Below, piece after piece: positions 11,001 to 19,846 of a stretch of 55,002 nt of DNA. The notes under the pieces are model-generated. The model saw only the letters and a program-made list of their open reading frames with translations. It did no database searches and was not told where the DNA came from. The DNA lies in IMG/VR virus record IMGVR_UViG_3300011339_001338, positions 1 to 55,002 of that record; one strand, written 5' to 3'. The translations under genes were made by a program, and so were the position numbers. How positions within the stretch are numbered: position 1 is the stretch's first letter; each line of letters starts with the position of its first letter. The stretch comes from a virus. Its lineage: Duplodnaviria; Caudoviricetes.

Positions 11001-12942
11001 CAGGTAACGCATCATATTCGGGAGTTCCTCTCCAAGCCAAATTCTCAATTGAGAACATATATTTTTTTACTTTACCATCTTTTATATTTGTTGAGGACTC
11101 TCCAAAAGTTGGGGAAATGTTTAAGTTATATGTGGTATCTAAAACCGAATAACTAAATCTTCTAATGTTACCACTAGTTTCAGCCCCTGATGTGTTCGCA
11201 ACTGTTGATTGCAAATTACTATATGTTAAATAAGGAATATCTTTTGCAAATACTCTACAATACTCGGTTCCAACTTGTCTTCCATTTTGGTTGACATATT
11301 TCATAACCCTTGAACCTTTCGTCATTTCTTTATATCCGTCGCTAAACACTTTAGATACTTGATTGATTGCGTTACCGACATGCACTAATCTTTTAGCTCC
11401 CGATATTGGGGCAGATTCAATTAATCTTTGGGTTTCGTCTAAAATTGAGCCCTTTGTAAATCCTCCAGGTATTCTGGTAGATAACGCTGCTTCAACTTTG
11501 TTACCAATCCCTTGATTGTAGATTGGTGATGTTGCTCCTTCCCCTCCTCCCTTGGTTGGGAATTTCCCCGCCGCAGGGCTAGTTCTTGTATCAGTCCAAA
11601 AGAATCCACCTGTTTGGTCTTGTAATGCAATATCAACAAATACTCCAGTTGGATTTTGGACCATGGTTTTAAGTCCAAAATTATAAGTTTGGTCAAGAGC
11701 ATCTCCCTCATATAACTTACCAACAACATCAGGTCCAAAAACAATAGTACTTGTTTTGTTGCCATAAGCATCGGTAGGAGTCATGTCTTGAGGCGATGTA
11801 ACCTGTGAAACATCAGCGGTTTCACTTCCCACATAGAAATTTGTTAAACTATTACTCCTATCAAATAGATTATCTAACACAAGTGCAGTTTGAGATGTAT
11901 TTACTTGATATTCAGGTTTAAATCTGTTATAACCTAAACTTGTAAACAGGACATTTTTTTGTCCGCTACCCGTATTATTTAAAAATTTAATTGACGGATT
12001 TGTATTGGGGTTTGCCGGCTTTGTAAATCTATTTGTTGGGCTATCAACAAATTGTTCAGGTTTACCTTTTTGTCTTTGTGGTTCAGTAAAATAATCACCT
12101 TCAATAGGTGAGGTTGGAACATATGTTCCCGAAAACTTCTGTATCAAAAAAGACGCTTGGTCAAAAACACCATCAGGAACTGTAATTGTATAATTTTTAT
12201 AAATTAAAGGTTGTTGTCCTGAAGCCAATAATGACGCCTGGAAAGGGTCGGAGAATGCGGCTAAATTTACTTTACCTATAGTGTTCCTATAAACTTCTCT
12301 AGATATTCTTTCTTCTAAAGCCTGTTGGAGGTATTGAGTCGATATTTGTTGTAGGTATGAATCATTACTAAAAAGTCCTCCTCCTACTGTGGCATTAAAA
12401 ATATTTTGTAAGGGAGGTAAAGAACCTAAAGCATCATCAGATATAAAATCAAAATTTGGGTATTCACCTGTTAGTGATTTTGCAAGTATTTTTTCGGTAG
12501 AATAATATGTGTAAACATATCCATCTCTTGGTACATACTTATTGATTACGGCCGCGGAGTCAATATAAAATTCACTTAATAACTCAAGTTCAGCATATGA
12601 TTGACTATATTCGACTTGTTGTTCTGAACTTAAAACTTGCACATTACCTGTACCGGCTTGTTGCATAGATACCGCACCAGCACTTCCAAGTAATTCTGAG
12701 CCATCTATCTTGAACCCTGAACCATAGGTGTTCATTCTTGTCGCAACTTTTGGTTCGTCAAAAATTCCACTAGAAATATCTTGATTTACGGGTGCCGTTT
12801 TATCGGCAAAGGCAACTTCGTAATTTTGGTTTTTTGCATCATAGGTGTAAGAACCAGGTATTGTATACGGTTTTAAATTTTTTGCAACAAGTTTGTTTCT
12901 AAATTGTTCTGACCCATTAAATGAAAGCAAATTTTCCGCCAT
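8050..12942 (-). CDS. Large baseplate / tail tube-initiator-like protein
   Basis: 1630 aa with FPPY...FLGRPEPVYTYENTSRSSSISW and PPVLILRFGD...SLSITYE...PMIAKVTLSF, both resembling tube-initiator (gpU/CIS tube-like) domains. It follows the tape measure gene. Confidence 0.55.
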   Translation of the reverse strand: MAENLLSFNGSEQFRNKLVAKNLKPYTIPGSYTYDAKNQNYEVAFADKTAPVNQDISSGIFDEPKVATRMNTYGSGFKIDGSELLGSAGAVSMQQAGTGNVQVLSSEQQVEYSQSYAELELLSEFYIDSAAVINKYVPRDGYVYTYYSTEKILAKSLTGEYPNFDFISDDALGSLPPLQNIFNATVGGGLFSNDSYLQQISTQYLQQALEERISREVYRNTIGKVNLAAFSDPFQASLLASGQQPLIYKNYTITVPDGVFDQASFLIQKFSGTYVPTSPIEGDYFTEPQRQKGKPEQFVDSPTNRFTKPANPNTNPSIKFLNNTGSGQKNVLFTSLGYNRFKPEYQVNTSQTALVLDNLFDRSNSLTNFYVGSETADVSQVTSPQDMTPTDAYGNKTSTIVFGPDVVGKLYEGDALDQTYNFGLKTMVQNPTGVFVDIALQDQTGGFFWTDTRTSPAAGKFPTKGGGEGATSPIYNQGIGNKVEAALSTRIPGGFTKGSILDETQRLIESAPISGAKRLVHVGNAINQVSKVFSDGYKEMTKGSRVMKYVNQNGRQVGTEYCRVFAKDIPYLTYSNLQSTVANTSGAETSGNIRRFSYSVLDTTYNLNISPTFGESSTNIKDGKVKKYMFSIENLAWRGTPEYDALPDCEKGPNGGRIMWFPPYDITLGQESSSPKFNQTNFLGRPEPVYTYENTSRSSSISWSIIVDHPSISNLITKKVLEREDDNTATQVMASFFAGCQKYDIYELAQRYSTLSRTTIEEAYQQVLQSNQTTNEDKKEALNSAGDTGAQNITESQTDVFGDYINYGFYFPYVFSGTEGTTNYNTIYDNYVASRNSYIGGAQQVQMTLFFNDFITTNYSKMNDLKEQIKNILENDEGIIEITFDGTRVLGRANNDIISTAWFDSAVLFFTESVLSNNKRISDYVSNGKIVFKKKNLGTVDSVSGLTTSSGVGDSINCNNSSITPPINSFEAAACRAVRISNIIVTPNKPTDSSGAETQSDENIPNPDANFGKKPEQQPQIENKVRGVSKKIIRELLTECSYFEVIKNTDKIIYESITQRFKFFNPAFHAITPEGLNSRLVFLQQCVRPGRTIPTKISDNETVITDSFNTNFGSPPVLILRFGDFYNTKIIPNSLSITYENLLDINPEGIGVQPMIAKVTLSFDMIGGHGLKGPVEKLQNALSFNYYANTEMDDERADETVSNEAVDKALIDSIRNEEPLVTVNNVNDTVQNEGGTLLGVSLTLQIADDGIQTGTNRYNDFFNGFIDTTSNYFVGILNNYETFVNEYNMSVWAQVNYSRAFTFGYYLNTYFPNNLILNILGKQGNWETSLSRIGDIVKSNINNETDSLIFAISGSPTINETVKSKIKENYKSYIDTVLSNNFTKVATYIQEMTQVQLAFATYMQKMDLVGVGGDGKILANGAAKLYVLSGETEDNQNTLGQFSTDYVQIMTDSNNFYSLGLNRIFYDSSATSGTITNYSGITSFSNSKDFYVYTLLSNIVLNNNTRPELIDALVKNVQPEYYNNAKLFITNFITNNWLFEFTTEKNAESESLTDFKSTPQYKFYSKYNPTDSVGRSLSTRQRVMGFTTIAQDAPLTSVNYWRTEAIKDIYKTVNTIVDPTIFNGKKQFNN

Positions 12943-12956
12943 CGAGTAGTTTTATA

Positions 12957-12963
12957 ATAAATA
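12957..12963 (-). promoter_or_regulatory. TATTTAT putative late promoter motif
   Basis: Sense-strand motif upstream of the ATG at 12942. Confidence 0.55.
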
Positions 12964-12993
12964 GATTGTTGTATATTTTTAAATGAAGAATTA

Positions 12994-15900
12994 CTATTTA
13001 TCGACCATTCCCATATTTGCCCTTTGGGTTCCTGTACTTATCTTTTGAGCAAATTGTGGATTACCTATACTTTTTGTCATTACCCCTTCAATTGTTTCTT
13101 GGAATTTCCGTGGGTCGAGTAATTTTGCAAATTCACTATTTCCAACAATTTCAATGGTGGCCTTGATGTTTATATTTTGGGTACTCTCTCCTTGTTGAGC
13201 CTGTGGTTCTCCAAAACTTCTTTGTCCTGATAAATCTTCTATTTGCCCAAAAGAAGGTTGTGTAGGTTCGGGAATTGCCGTTGCCGTTTCTCCAATGGCT
13301 TCTATTGGCATAATCTCTTGAAATTCTGTAGGTTCTTCTGTAGTGACATATTCACCTGTCGGAATTTCTTCAATAGCCTCTAACAGTGTTGGCGCTATTT
13401 CTGTTGGTTGTGGTCCAAATAGTTTTTCTCCTATTCCTCCTATCTTAGATGCGAATTTTTCAATACCTCGAGATGGGGTTTCAGGTACTTGTTCTTTTAA
13501 TCTAAGTTCTTCTAAATATGATAATTGTTTTTCTCTATTTTCTCTTAGAGTCTTTTGTATTTCGGTTTCTTCGGGTTCAACAGGTTTAATTCCTGTCGGC
13601 TCAACTGGTTCAATTATACCTTCATCCTCATCTGCGGTTAAACTAATTTTTTCTAAAACCGACCTTGTATCTTTTTCTTTTGGTACGGATTCTTCAATAG
13701 CCTTAACATCTATTTTATCGGCCTCAGTTTTATCTAAATTTACTGGTTTACCACTTTTACTTGTCAAAAATGGAATTGCTTTTTCATCATTTTCTTCCAA
13801 CATTTTTAGATACCCTGACTCAACTTTAGGCTCGGTTTCTACCCCCTTAGTTTCTTTAGGTTCTTCAATTGTTATTTTTCCTTCAGTACCAGTTTTTTCT
13901 TGTAATAATTTTTTTAATCCCTCTTTTCCTTTTTCAGCTAAATTACCAATACCTTCTTTTAATCTTTCTTTAAATGGAGTTTTTTCTTCGGCAACAGCCG
14001 CCGCTTTTTCAACACCTACAACAGGTATTTCAGGAGCTGATGGTGTAATAGCTCTTGTTTCTTTAGATACAGTAATACCTTCACTAGTACCCGCCTTTTT
14101 CTCAGCGGTTTCTCTATCGATACTTCTTGCAAGTTCTTTTCCTTCTTTATCTCTAATAATATATTCTTCTTGGGTTTCAGGAACAGCTGCGATAGGCATT
14201 TCTTCTTCTTTTTTACCCTTTAACTTTTCTTTAATTTCACCAATTCCTTCTTTTAATCTTTTTCCAAGTGGTTGTTTTTCTTCTTTTTCTGGAATAGGTA
14301 ATGAAGCAAGGGTTGGTTTAATTGGTGCCAATCCTTTATCTTCAATAAGTCCTTTTGATTCAATTTTAGCAAGTGGGTCAATTTCATCATAGTATAATGT
14401 ATCACTATACTCAGAATATTTTTTGGCTCTAGATTCAATAGATTTTAAAATATCTTCATCTTCTTTACCCAAAGGTCCTTTACTTTGTAATTCTTTTGCT
14501 TCTTTTTTAAATTCCTTTGATTTATTATAATAATATTCTTCTTTATCTTCTATAGACATTTCAGGTTGGATTCCTTCAATTTCTTTTTTCAGATTAGGTT
14601 TTTCCGTTGTGGGTATTGAGGTAATTCTAGGTTCTTGTTTTTCAGGTCCTATAAATTCACTATCTTTTTTAGCCTGAGCTATCATCTCAGTAGTTAAGAA
14701 AAACGCCTCTTCACCTTGTCCAACTACTTCAGCGTTATTAATTTCCTCTAATAATTTCTTATAATTTTCATATGCTGATGGTTCCTTTTCAGGTTCAATT
14801 TTTTGTTCTTTAGTTAATATTTTTTCTAAGAACCCACCTTTTGTTTTTCCTTTTGGTAATTCTGCCAATTCCGGTAATTCTTCCGTAACCTCAGGTAATT
14901 CAACAATCGCCTTTGTTGGTTCTATATTTTGAGTTTCGGGTTGAGCTGTTACCTGTTCTACATTTTTTTGTTGTTCTATTATTTCATCAACTAATACATT
15001 TACTTGTTCTTGTTTTTCAGGAATAGAATTTAATGCTGCTACAACATCATTTAACGCAGTTCCAATATTTAAATTTTCAACATTAAGAGTTTGAATTTCT
15101 GAACTACCGACTTTAAGTTGTTCTATCGAACTTAACTCACCTTCAATCTTTTCTACTTGTGTATTTTCAGCAGTAGGAATTGGTGTTGGTGTTGGTGTTG
15201 GAATTATTTGTTCTAATGGAACAAATTCATTCAAATCTAACCCTAACGAACTTCCCAAGTCAGCAAGTGCCGGTCCAACCTGTGGTACAAATCCAGTTGG
15301 TTTACCTTCATTAATATTAAATTCACCTTCTGTTTCAACTGGTTGTGTTGCCGGAACAATAATTTCAGGTTGGGTTACTGTTGGTTCAGTTATAACTTTG
15401 ATTTCTTGGGTCTCTACAGGTTCAGATTGTTCTTTTATATCTGTAGATAATTTTCCTTGAGCTTCAATTAGTTGTTTATTGGTTTCGGTTACACCATCTC
15501 CAATTTTTTTAATTTCCTCAACTTGACCACTTACTATAGATTCTGCCCCTTCACCTAATACTACATTTTTAGCATCTATTTGGTTAATATCTAAAGTTTT
15601 ACCTATGTTAAATTCTCCATCAATATTAAGTTTTCCAACATTTTGTTCGTTAATATTGAAAACTTTGTCAGGTATATTAAATTCTAATTCGTCCTCTTTT
15701 GTTTTAATTTGTTCTTTGATTTCATCAATTCCCTTTTGTAGTTTTTCTTCGAGTCCGGCATCTTTTAATATTTGTTCTGCACCCGTGACATCACCTAGTT
15801 CTCCGAGAGCCTTTGCTCCGCCCTTGGCAACAACATTTCCTAAATTTTTACTAAAATCAACTCCAGCGCCTAATAAATCTTTGGAAATTGATTTTAGGTC

Positions 15901-17367
15901 GGCACCTGGTTCTTTCGATTCCTTCAAAGCTTTTTCTAACTTTGCACCAAATTCATCTAAACTTTTCTTATACTCAGTATCTTCCCCTTCTTTTGTTTTT
16001 GTCGCAAATTGTTCCCCAAATGATTCGTTGATTGCCTTTGCGAGAACCTCATTAGCTTTTAATAAATCCTCTCCTAGTTTAGAAGCCCCTGCGGTTAACC
16101 CTGGAGATTTTTCTAACGCCTCAATTCCTTTATCTATTCTAGTCAGTTTTGACAGTTGACCGTCAGCCAATCTAGCCATCTCGGCGTTGATTTCTTCGGG
16201 AGTTTTCCCTTCAACCCCCGCTGTTTTTTCAGCCCCTAATAATTCCTTAATTTTATCTTTATCACCTTTCGCATCTCTAAGTAACTGCTGAATACTTGTT
16301 TCTACTAATTGTTCTTTACCGTCCTTGATTTGTTTTGTTTTAACAGCATATTCACCACCTTCACCCATGACCGCCATATTGGCAACCATCTGTTGGGTTT
16401 CCTCATCAACATTAAATCCGGCAAAAGAAATTTTTGATAATTTTCTATCTAAATCGGCACCAGCAAGAGCCATTTTTTCCACTTGCTCTCTTGAGATTCC
16501 AAGTTCTTGTGAAAGTTGTTTAATCTTTAATCTTTCAGATTTAGCAATCTCAAATTGACCTGTTTTTTCATTAAATTTGGCAAAAGATTTAAAATAATCT
16601 CCAAGTTCTTCCTGTAATTTTGCGGTGTCATTCATTGACAAATCCATCAGTTTCAACGGATTTGTTAGAGCCGCTGAGCTAGCTCCCATTCTTTGGAACA
16701 TAGCCGCGACCTCCATAGACCTTTCTGGTGACATTAAGTCATCGGCAAGGTCCAAGGTCTCGTTCATATCGATTCCCAATGCTTGGGAGCTTGCCGCCAT
16801 TTTAGCAAGTCCTTCAACACCATTTTGGAATCCGTACCTATTTAACTTATCAAGATTTTGAACAACCAAAGCGGATACCGCTTTAGCATTAACACCCATA
16901 TTGTTGGCAACTTCTCTAACTTGTAACATTTCCTTAGAAATGTCCTTGATAGATTTACCAGCATTTATAAAAGCCTTTTCTAAGACATCTATTTGAACTC
17001 CTGAGACTTGTTGAGCCGCGAACAAACTTTTGGTTTGTTCAGCGCTTAAAACAACATTTCTTCCTAGTACATCAAGAGTTTTTGTTTGAATTTCTAAAGC
17101 CTTCTCTTGAGTTCCTCCAAGTTTTATAACTTCTATTGCAGCTTGGGAATATTCTTCTTTAATCCCTTGAGCAATTCCTTGCCCCTGACCCATCTGATTA
17201 ATGACGGATTGCATGGAATTATCAACCTGAGCAATTCCAGCCTCAATGTCGGGTACAAAATCCTTTATTGTTTCTGTAATACCCTCAGTAGTTTTTTTTA
17301 AATTAAAAAGTTCTACCGATTTGGATTTCGATGTTTGTTCAACATTATCAGTTTCTCCAGCTTGCAT
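12994..17367 (-). CDS. Tape measure protein with long acidic low-complexity C-terminal part
   Basis: 1457 aa directly after the tail chaperones. The N-terminal third is helical and Ala/Gln/Met-rich (GVEGLAKMAASSQALGIDM...). Confidence 0.7.
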   Translation of the reverse strand: MQAGETDNVEQTSKSKSVELFNLKKTTEGITETIKDFVPDIEAGIAQVDNSMQSVINQMGQGQGIAQGIKEEYSQAAIEVIKLGGTQEKALEIQTKTLDVLGRNVVLSAEQTKSLFAAQQVSGVQIDVLEKAFINAGKSIKDISKEMLQVREVANNMGVNAKAVSALVVQNLDKLNRYGFQNGVEGLAKMAASSQALGIDMNETLDLADDLMSPERSMEVAAMFQRMGASSAALTNPLKLMDLSMNDTAKLQEELGDYFKSFAKFNEKTGQFEIAKSERLKIKQLSQELGISREQVEKMALAGADLDRKLSKISFAGFNVDEETQQMVANMAVMGEGGEYAVKTKQIKDGKEQLVETSIQQLLRDAKGDKDKIKELLGAEKTAGVEGKTPEEINAEMARLADGQLSKLTRIDKGIEALEKSPGLTAGASKLGEDLLKANEVLAKAINESFGEQFATKTKEGEDTEYKKSLDEFGAKLEKALKESKEPGADLKSISKDLLGAGVDFSKNLGNVVAKGGAKALGELGDVTGAEQILKDAGLEEKLQKGIDEIKEQIKTKEDELEFNIPDKVFNINEQNVGKLNIDGEFNIGKTLDINQIDAKNVVLGEGAESIVSGQVEEIKKIGDGVTETNKQLIEAQGKLSTDIKEQSEPVETQEIKVITEPTVTQPEIIVPATQPVETEGEFNINEGKPTGFVPQVGPALADLGSSLGLDLNEFVPLEQIIPTPTPTPIPTAENTQVEKIEGELSSIEQLKVGSSEIQTLNVENLNIGTALNDVVAALNSIPEKQEQVNVLVDEIIEQQKNVEQVTAQPETQNIEPTKAIVELPEVTEELPELAELPKGKTKGGFLEKILTKEQKIEPEKEPSAYENYKKLLEEINNAEVVGQGEEAFFLTTEMIAQAKKDSEFIGPEKQEPRITSIPTTEKPNLKKEIEGIQPEMSIEDKEEYYYNKSKEFKKEAKELQSKGPLGKEDEDILKSIESRAKKYSEYSDTLYYDEIDPLAKIESKGLIEDKGLAPIKPTLASLPIPEKEEKQPLGKRLKEGIGEIKEKLKGKKEEEMPIAAVPETQEEYIIRDKEGKELARSIDRETAEKKAGTSEGITVSKETRAITPSAPEIPVVGVEKAAAVAEEKTPFKERLKEGIGNLAEKGKEGLKKLLQEKTGTEGKITIEEPKETKGVETEPKVESGYLKMLEENDEKAIPFLTSKSGKPVNLDKTEADKIDVKAIEESVPKEKDTRSVLEKISLTADEDEGIIEPVEPTGIKPVEPEETEIQKTLRENREKQLSYLEELRLKEQVPETPSRGIEKFASKIGGIGEKLFGPQPTEIAPTLLEAIEEIPTGEYVTTEEPTEFQEIMPIEAIGETATAIPEPTQPSFGQIEDLSGQRSFGEPQAQQGESTQNINIKATIEIVGNSEFAKLLDPRKFQETIEGVMTKSIGNPQFAQKISTGTQRANMGMVDK

Positions 17368-17371
17368 ACTT

Positions 17372-17379
17372 TATAAATA
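17372..17379 (-). promoter_or_regulatory. TATTTATA putative late promoter motif
   Basis: Motif ends 4 nt before the ATG at 17367. Confidence 0.55.
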
Positions 17380-17384
17380 ATCGA

Positions 17385-17546
17385 TTACTTATTTTTTGGA
17401 GTATTATACTCGATTATTTTATCAACCAAATATCTGCGTTGATATATAGGGATTAGTTGAAAATCTGACCACGATGTACCCAAAAACTTACCCATAAGGT
17501 AGTATTGGTCCAATAAACCTTTTTGATAATTAGAAGAAAGGGCGAA
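17385..17546 (-). CDS. Tail assembly chaperone C-terminal extension (T4 gp51-like), probably expressed by +1 frameshift
   Basis: ALSSNYQKGLLDQYYLMGKFLGTSWSDFQLIPIYQRRYLVDKIIE resembles the gp51/GT-type pattern. It overlaps the upstream gene in the +1 frame and has no ATG at its 5' end. Confidence 0.6.
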   Translation of the reverse strand, partial: FALSSNYQKGLLDQYYLMGKFLGTSWSDFQLIPIYQRRYLVDKIIEYNTPKNK

Positions 17547-18285
17547 AGAACTCAGCCCCAAAGGCAATTCTCACATTGACCTTTTTTCCTGACGGGGCTG
17601 TTACTTCACGGTTTAAGTCAATTCTTGGCTCATTGCTTTTGATAAAATTGGAAATGTATTTTGAGTCCATGATTGGCATTTGTTCAATAAACTTAGCTAT
17701 TTCACCTTTATCAGTTGAACCATTTAACTCCACAATTTGTTTAGCGAGTCTCCAAGTCGCCTTTGGAGCAATCATACCTGATGGATATTCCTCAGCCATT
17801 CTGTCCAAATCCAAAGTTTCACCATAAAGAAGTGGCTTTAATTTAACTTCAGCTCCACACTTTGGTAATTTTGTTAGGTAATACCCATTTTCATCAGGTT
17901 CAACCTCAGGTTTTTTGAATGTTAGTTCATCTAGTAATACAGATTTTTCAAATTTGTTCCCTGTTTCAGGGTCAGTCAAATTAAAATTATACTCGGACCC
18001 AAAAGAAGTATTTCTCAAAAAAATCAAAATAGCCTCAACATCACCCTCCAACATTTCAGAAGGATTCAATTCAGGTTCATAAAGTTTACTACGAACTAAT
18101 CTGAGGATTAATTGTTCACCATTAATTCGGTTACCGACGCTACCTAAAAGATTTTCATCAGCAGCTGTCAAATATCCAACTTTAACACTTTTCTTTTTAT
18201 TTTTGTAAAATCTACCTTGACTCGGAAGAATCACCATATCATGGGGTAAACTAAAATTATCTTGTCCTGCAATTATTTCGTTCAT
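17530..18285 (-). CDS. Tail/baseplate assembly chaperone (T4 gp26-like)
   Basis: LPSQGRFY...VKVGYLTAADENLL...DVEAILIFLR and a C-terminal FFRP; lies between the tube and tape measure genes. Confidence 0.7.
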   Translation of the reverse strand: MNEIIAGQDNFSLPHDMVILPSQGRFYKNKKKSVKVGYLTAADENLLGSVGNRINGEQLILRLVRSKLYEPELNPSEMLEGDVEAILIFLRNTSFGSEYNFNLTDPETGNKFEKSVLLDELTFKKPEVEPDENGYYLTKLPKCGAEVKLKPLLYGETLDLDRMAEEYPSGMIAPKATWRLAKQIVELNGSTDKGEIAKFIEQMPIMDSKYISNFIKSNEPRIDLNREVTAPSGKKVNVRIAFGAEFFRPFF

Positions 18286-18302
18286 AACTTAATTTTTTTT
18301 AT

Positions 18303-18331
18303 AAAAAAAAATCCGCACAAAGTACGGATTT
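18303..18331 (-). terminator. Rho-independent terminator after tail tube gene
   Basis: Minus strand AAATCCGTAC-TTT-GTGCGGATTT followed by a T-run. Confidence 0.75.
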
Positions 18332-18354
18332 GTAAATAGTATTTGAAAAATATA

Positions 18355-18843
18355 TTAGTAAACAAGAACACAATAGTCAGGACGAAGAGTTGCAACAATC
18401 TTAGCAAGACCATCTTGACCGTAATCCAACCCTTGGAAGTCAACATCAGTTAAGAATGTACCAACCAAAATCCATTTTTCAACAACAACACCTGTTGGGT
18501 CTAAAAGTTGTAAAGTAACATCCTTCTTATAACCAGCAGCATAACCCATACGACCTGTTACTGATTCTGCGTGTAAACGCACCCATTCCATGAGTGCTTG
18601 AGCGGCTGAAGGTCCGATAGGGTCACGGAAAGTACAGTTGATAGTGTTCCAAGTATAACGACCAGCAACATATCTTTCTGTGTTTAAGAATGGAATTGGT
18701 GTTGAACCAATTGTAATTTTTGGACGAGAAGTAGATTCTACATACCACTCGTTGATACCTAGTTCGCTTGGGAAACTAAGTATGAACCTGTTCATTCTTT
18801 TGGGTTCATACGGTATCGGCATTTTCATCAGTAAATCAGCCAT
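18355..18843 (-). CDS. Tail tube protein (T4 gp19-like)
   Basis: EPKRMNRF...YVAGRYTWNTINCTFRD...LMEW...GYKKDVTLQLLDPTGVVVEKWILVG; size and position fit. Confidence 0.9.
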   Translation of the reverse strand: MADLLMKMPIPYEPKRMNRFILSFPSELGINEWYVESTSRPKITIGSTPIPFLNTERYVAGRYTWNTINCTFRDPIGPSAAQALMEWVRLHAESVTGRMGYAAGYKKDVTLQLLDPTGVVVEKWILVGTFLTDVDFQGLDYGQDGLAKIVATLRPDYCVLVY

Positions 18844-18882
18844 ATTCTTGTTTTTTTTTAAATTTTATTTATTTCGTTTTAT

Positions 18883-18890
18883 TATAAATA
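18883..18890 (-). promoter_or_regulatory. TATTTATA putative late promoter motif (second TATTTAT copy at 18955-18961)
   Basis: Two sense-strand copies upstream of the tube gene. Confidence 0.55.
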
Positions 18891-18963
18891 TGCAGGTTTT
18901 ATTTTTTTCTATTTACTTTAATTTTTTTTTTACAAAACTTACATATATCTAGTCATAAATATA

Positions 18964-19779
18964 TTAATATTTCTTTTTAACTCCTCCGTGTGTTGAATAC
19001 ATCTGAATAATATTTTCTGGGTCATCCTCAAAACTCTGTTTTATTTTCTCCAGGTTTCTTAAATCATCATCAGAAAATCCAATTGTAGGTATAAAGTTAT
19101 TAGATATATCATTCTTTAGATATGGTTGTCTCTTAATTTTTGAAGCCATGTTTTTAACATATTGGGTAAATTCTCTTAAAGCGTTAACTTTTCCTTGTTC
19201 AGGATTTTGTGCTGAACCCGCCCCATAAGTTACAGGATAATATTTGTTCATATTTAAATATTGTTCCACTAATTCAGAATCACTAAGTTCATCTTCTCCT
19301 GAAATCTCTCTATACTTCTTTAAATTTCGGACTAATTCTTTTTTTGATAGTCCTTTATACCCAAGCTCTATTAGATTCTCTATTGATTGTTTGAGTGTCT
19401 CTGGACTATGTCCTCTTGCTGTTACAATTGAAAAAATTGAACCTCCATTAATACATTCTACAAAGTCGTCCCAAGCCGGTCCAGTTCTAGCCAAAAGAGA
19501 ATCTATTATAAATTTTTTATCCCCTTGGACTGAGAAATTTCTAAATGGGTTTTCAGCGAACCCGACAATTGTTTTGCCCTTATACTCAAAAGGATTTTTT
19601 CCAACATCTACACGGTGCTCGGCGAAATCTTCGGTACCCATACCAACTTCTTTACCATCATCAGTCATTAACATAATTTGTGTTGGCATGTACATAAGAT
19701 TATCATCCCAGTCAAATGCGTAATATTTCATATCAGGAGTTACTTCATCTTTGAACCCCTCTACTAAGAATAATTTCAT
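18964..19779 (-). CDS. HAD-superfamily phosphatase-like protein (start revised to ATG 19779)
   Basis: Motifs YAFDWDDN (I), IVTARG (II), K (III) and FSDDD (IV). The track's longer start runs through a terminator, and TATTTATA lies 3 nt before ATG 19779. Confidence 0.65.
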   Translation of the reverse strand: MKLFLVEGFKDEVTPDMKYYAFDWDDNLMYMPTQIMLMTDDGKEVGMGTEDFAEHRVDVGKNPFEYKGKTIVGFAENPFRNFSVQGDKKFIIDSLLARTGPAWDDFVECINGGSIFSIVTARGHSPETLKQSIENLIELGYKGLSKKELVRNLKKYREISGEDELSDSELVEQYLNMNKYYPVTYGAGSAQNPEQGKVNALREFTQYVKNMASKIKRQPYLKNDISNNFIPTIGFSDDDLRNLEKIKQSFEDDPENIIQMYSTHGGVKKKY

Positions 19780-19782
19780 ATC

Positions 19783-19790
19783 TATAAATA
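19783..19790 (-). promoter_or_regulatory. TATTTATA putative late promoter motif
   Basis: Lies between the sheath terminator and ATG 19779. Confidence 0.55.
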
Positions 19791-19800
19791 TATTAAAAAT

Positions 19801-19827
19801 AAAAAACCCCCGTTTCCGAGGGTTTTT
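19801..19827 (-). terminator. Rho-independent terminator after tail sheath gene
   Basis: Minus strand AAAAACCCTCG-GAAA-CGGGGGTTTTTT: GC stem, GAAA tetraloop and U-tract. Confidence 0.85.
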
Positions 19828-19846
19828 AAATTTATTTTTGTTTCTA

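Noticed and set aside
13343-14392. 349 aa plus-strand ORF, and similar antisense ORFs (748-1125, 1901-2302, 15605-16159, 19244-19723, 48749-49018 and others)
   Set aside because: These are Ser/Phe/Val/Gly-rich shadows of biased minus-strand genes, with no motifs or expression signals.
17372-17379. TATAAATA on the plus strand as a T4 gp55 late promoter
   Set aside because: It points away from the adjacent genes. Plus-strand genes carry TATTTAT on the plus strand, so the functional orientation is the reverse.
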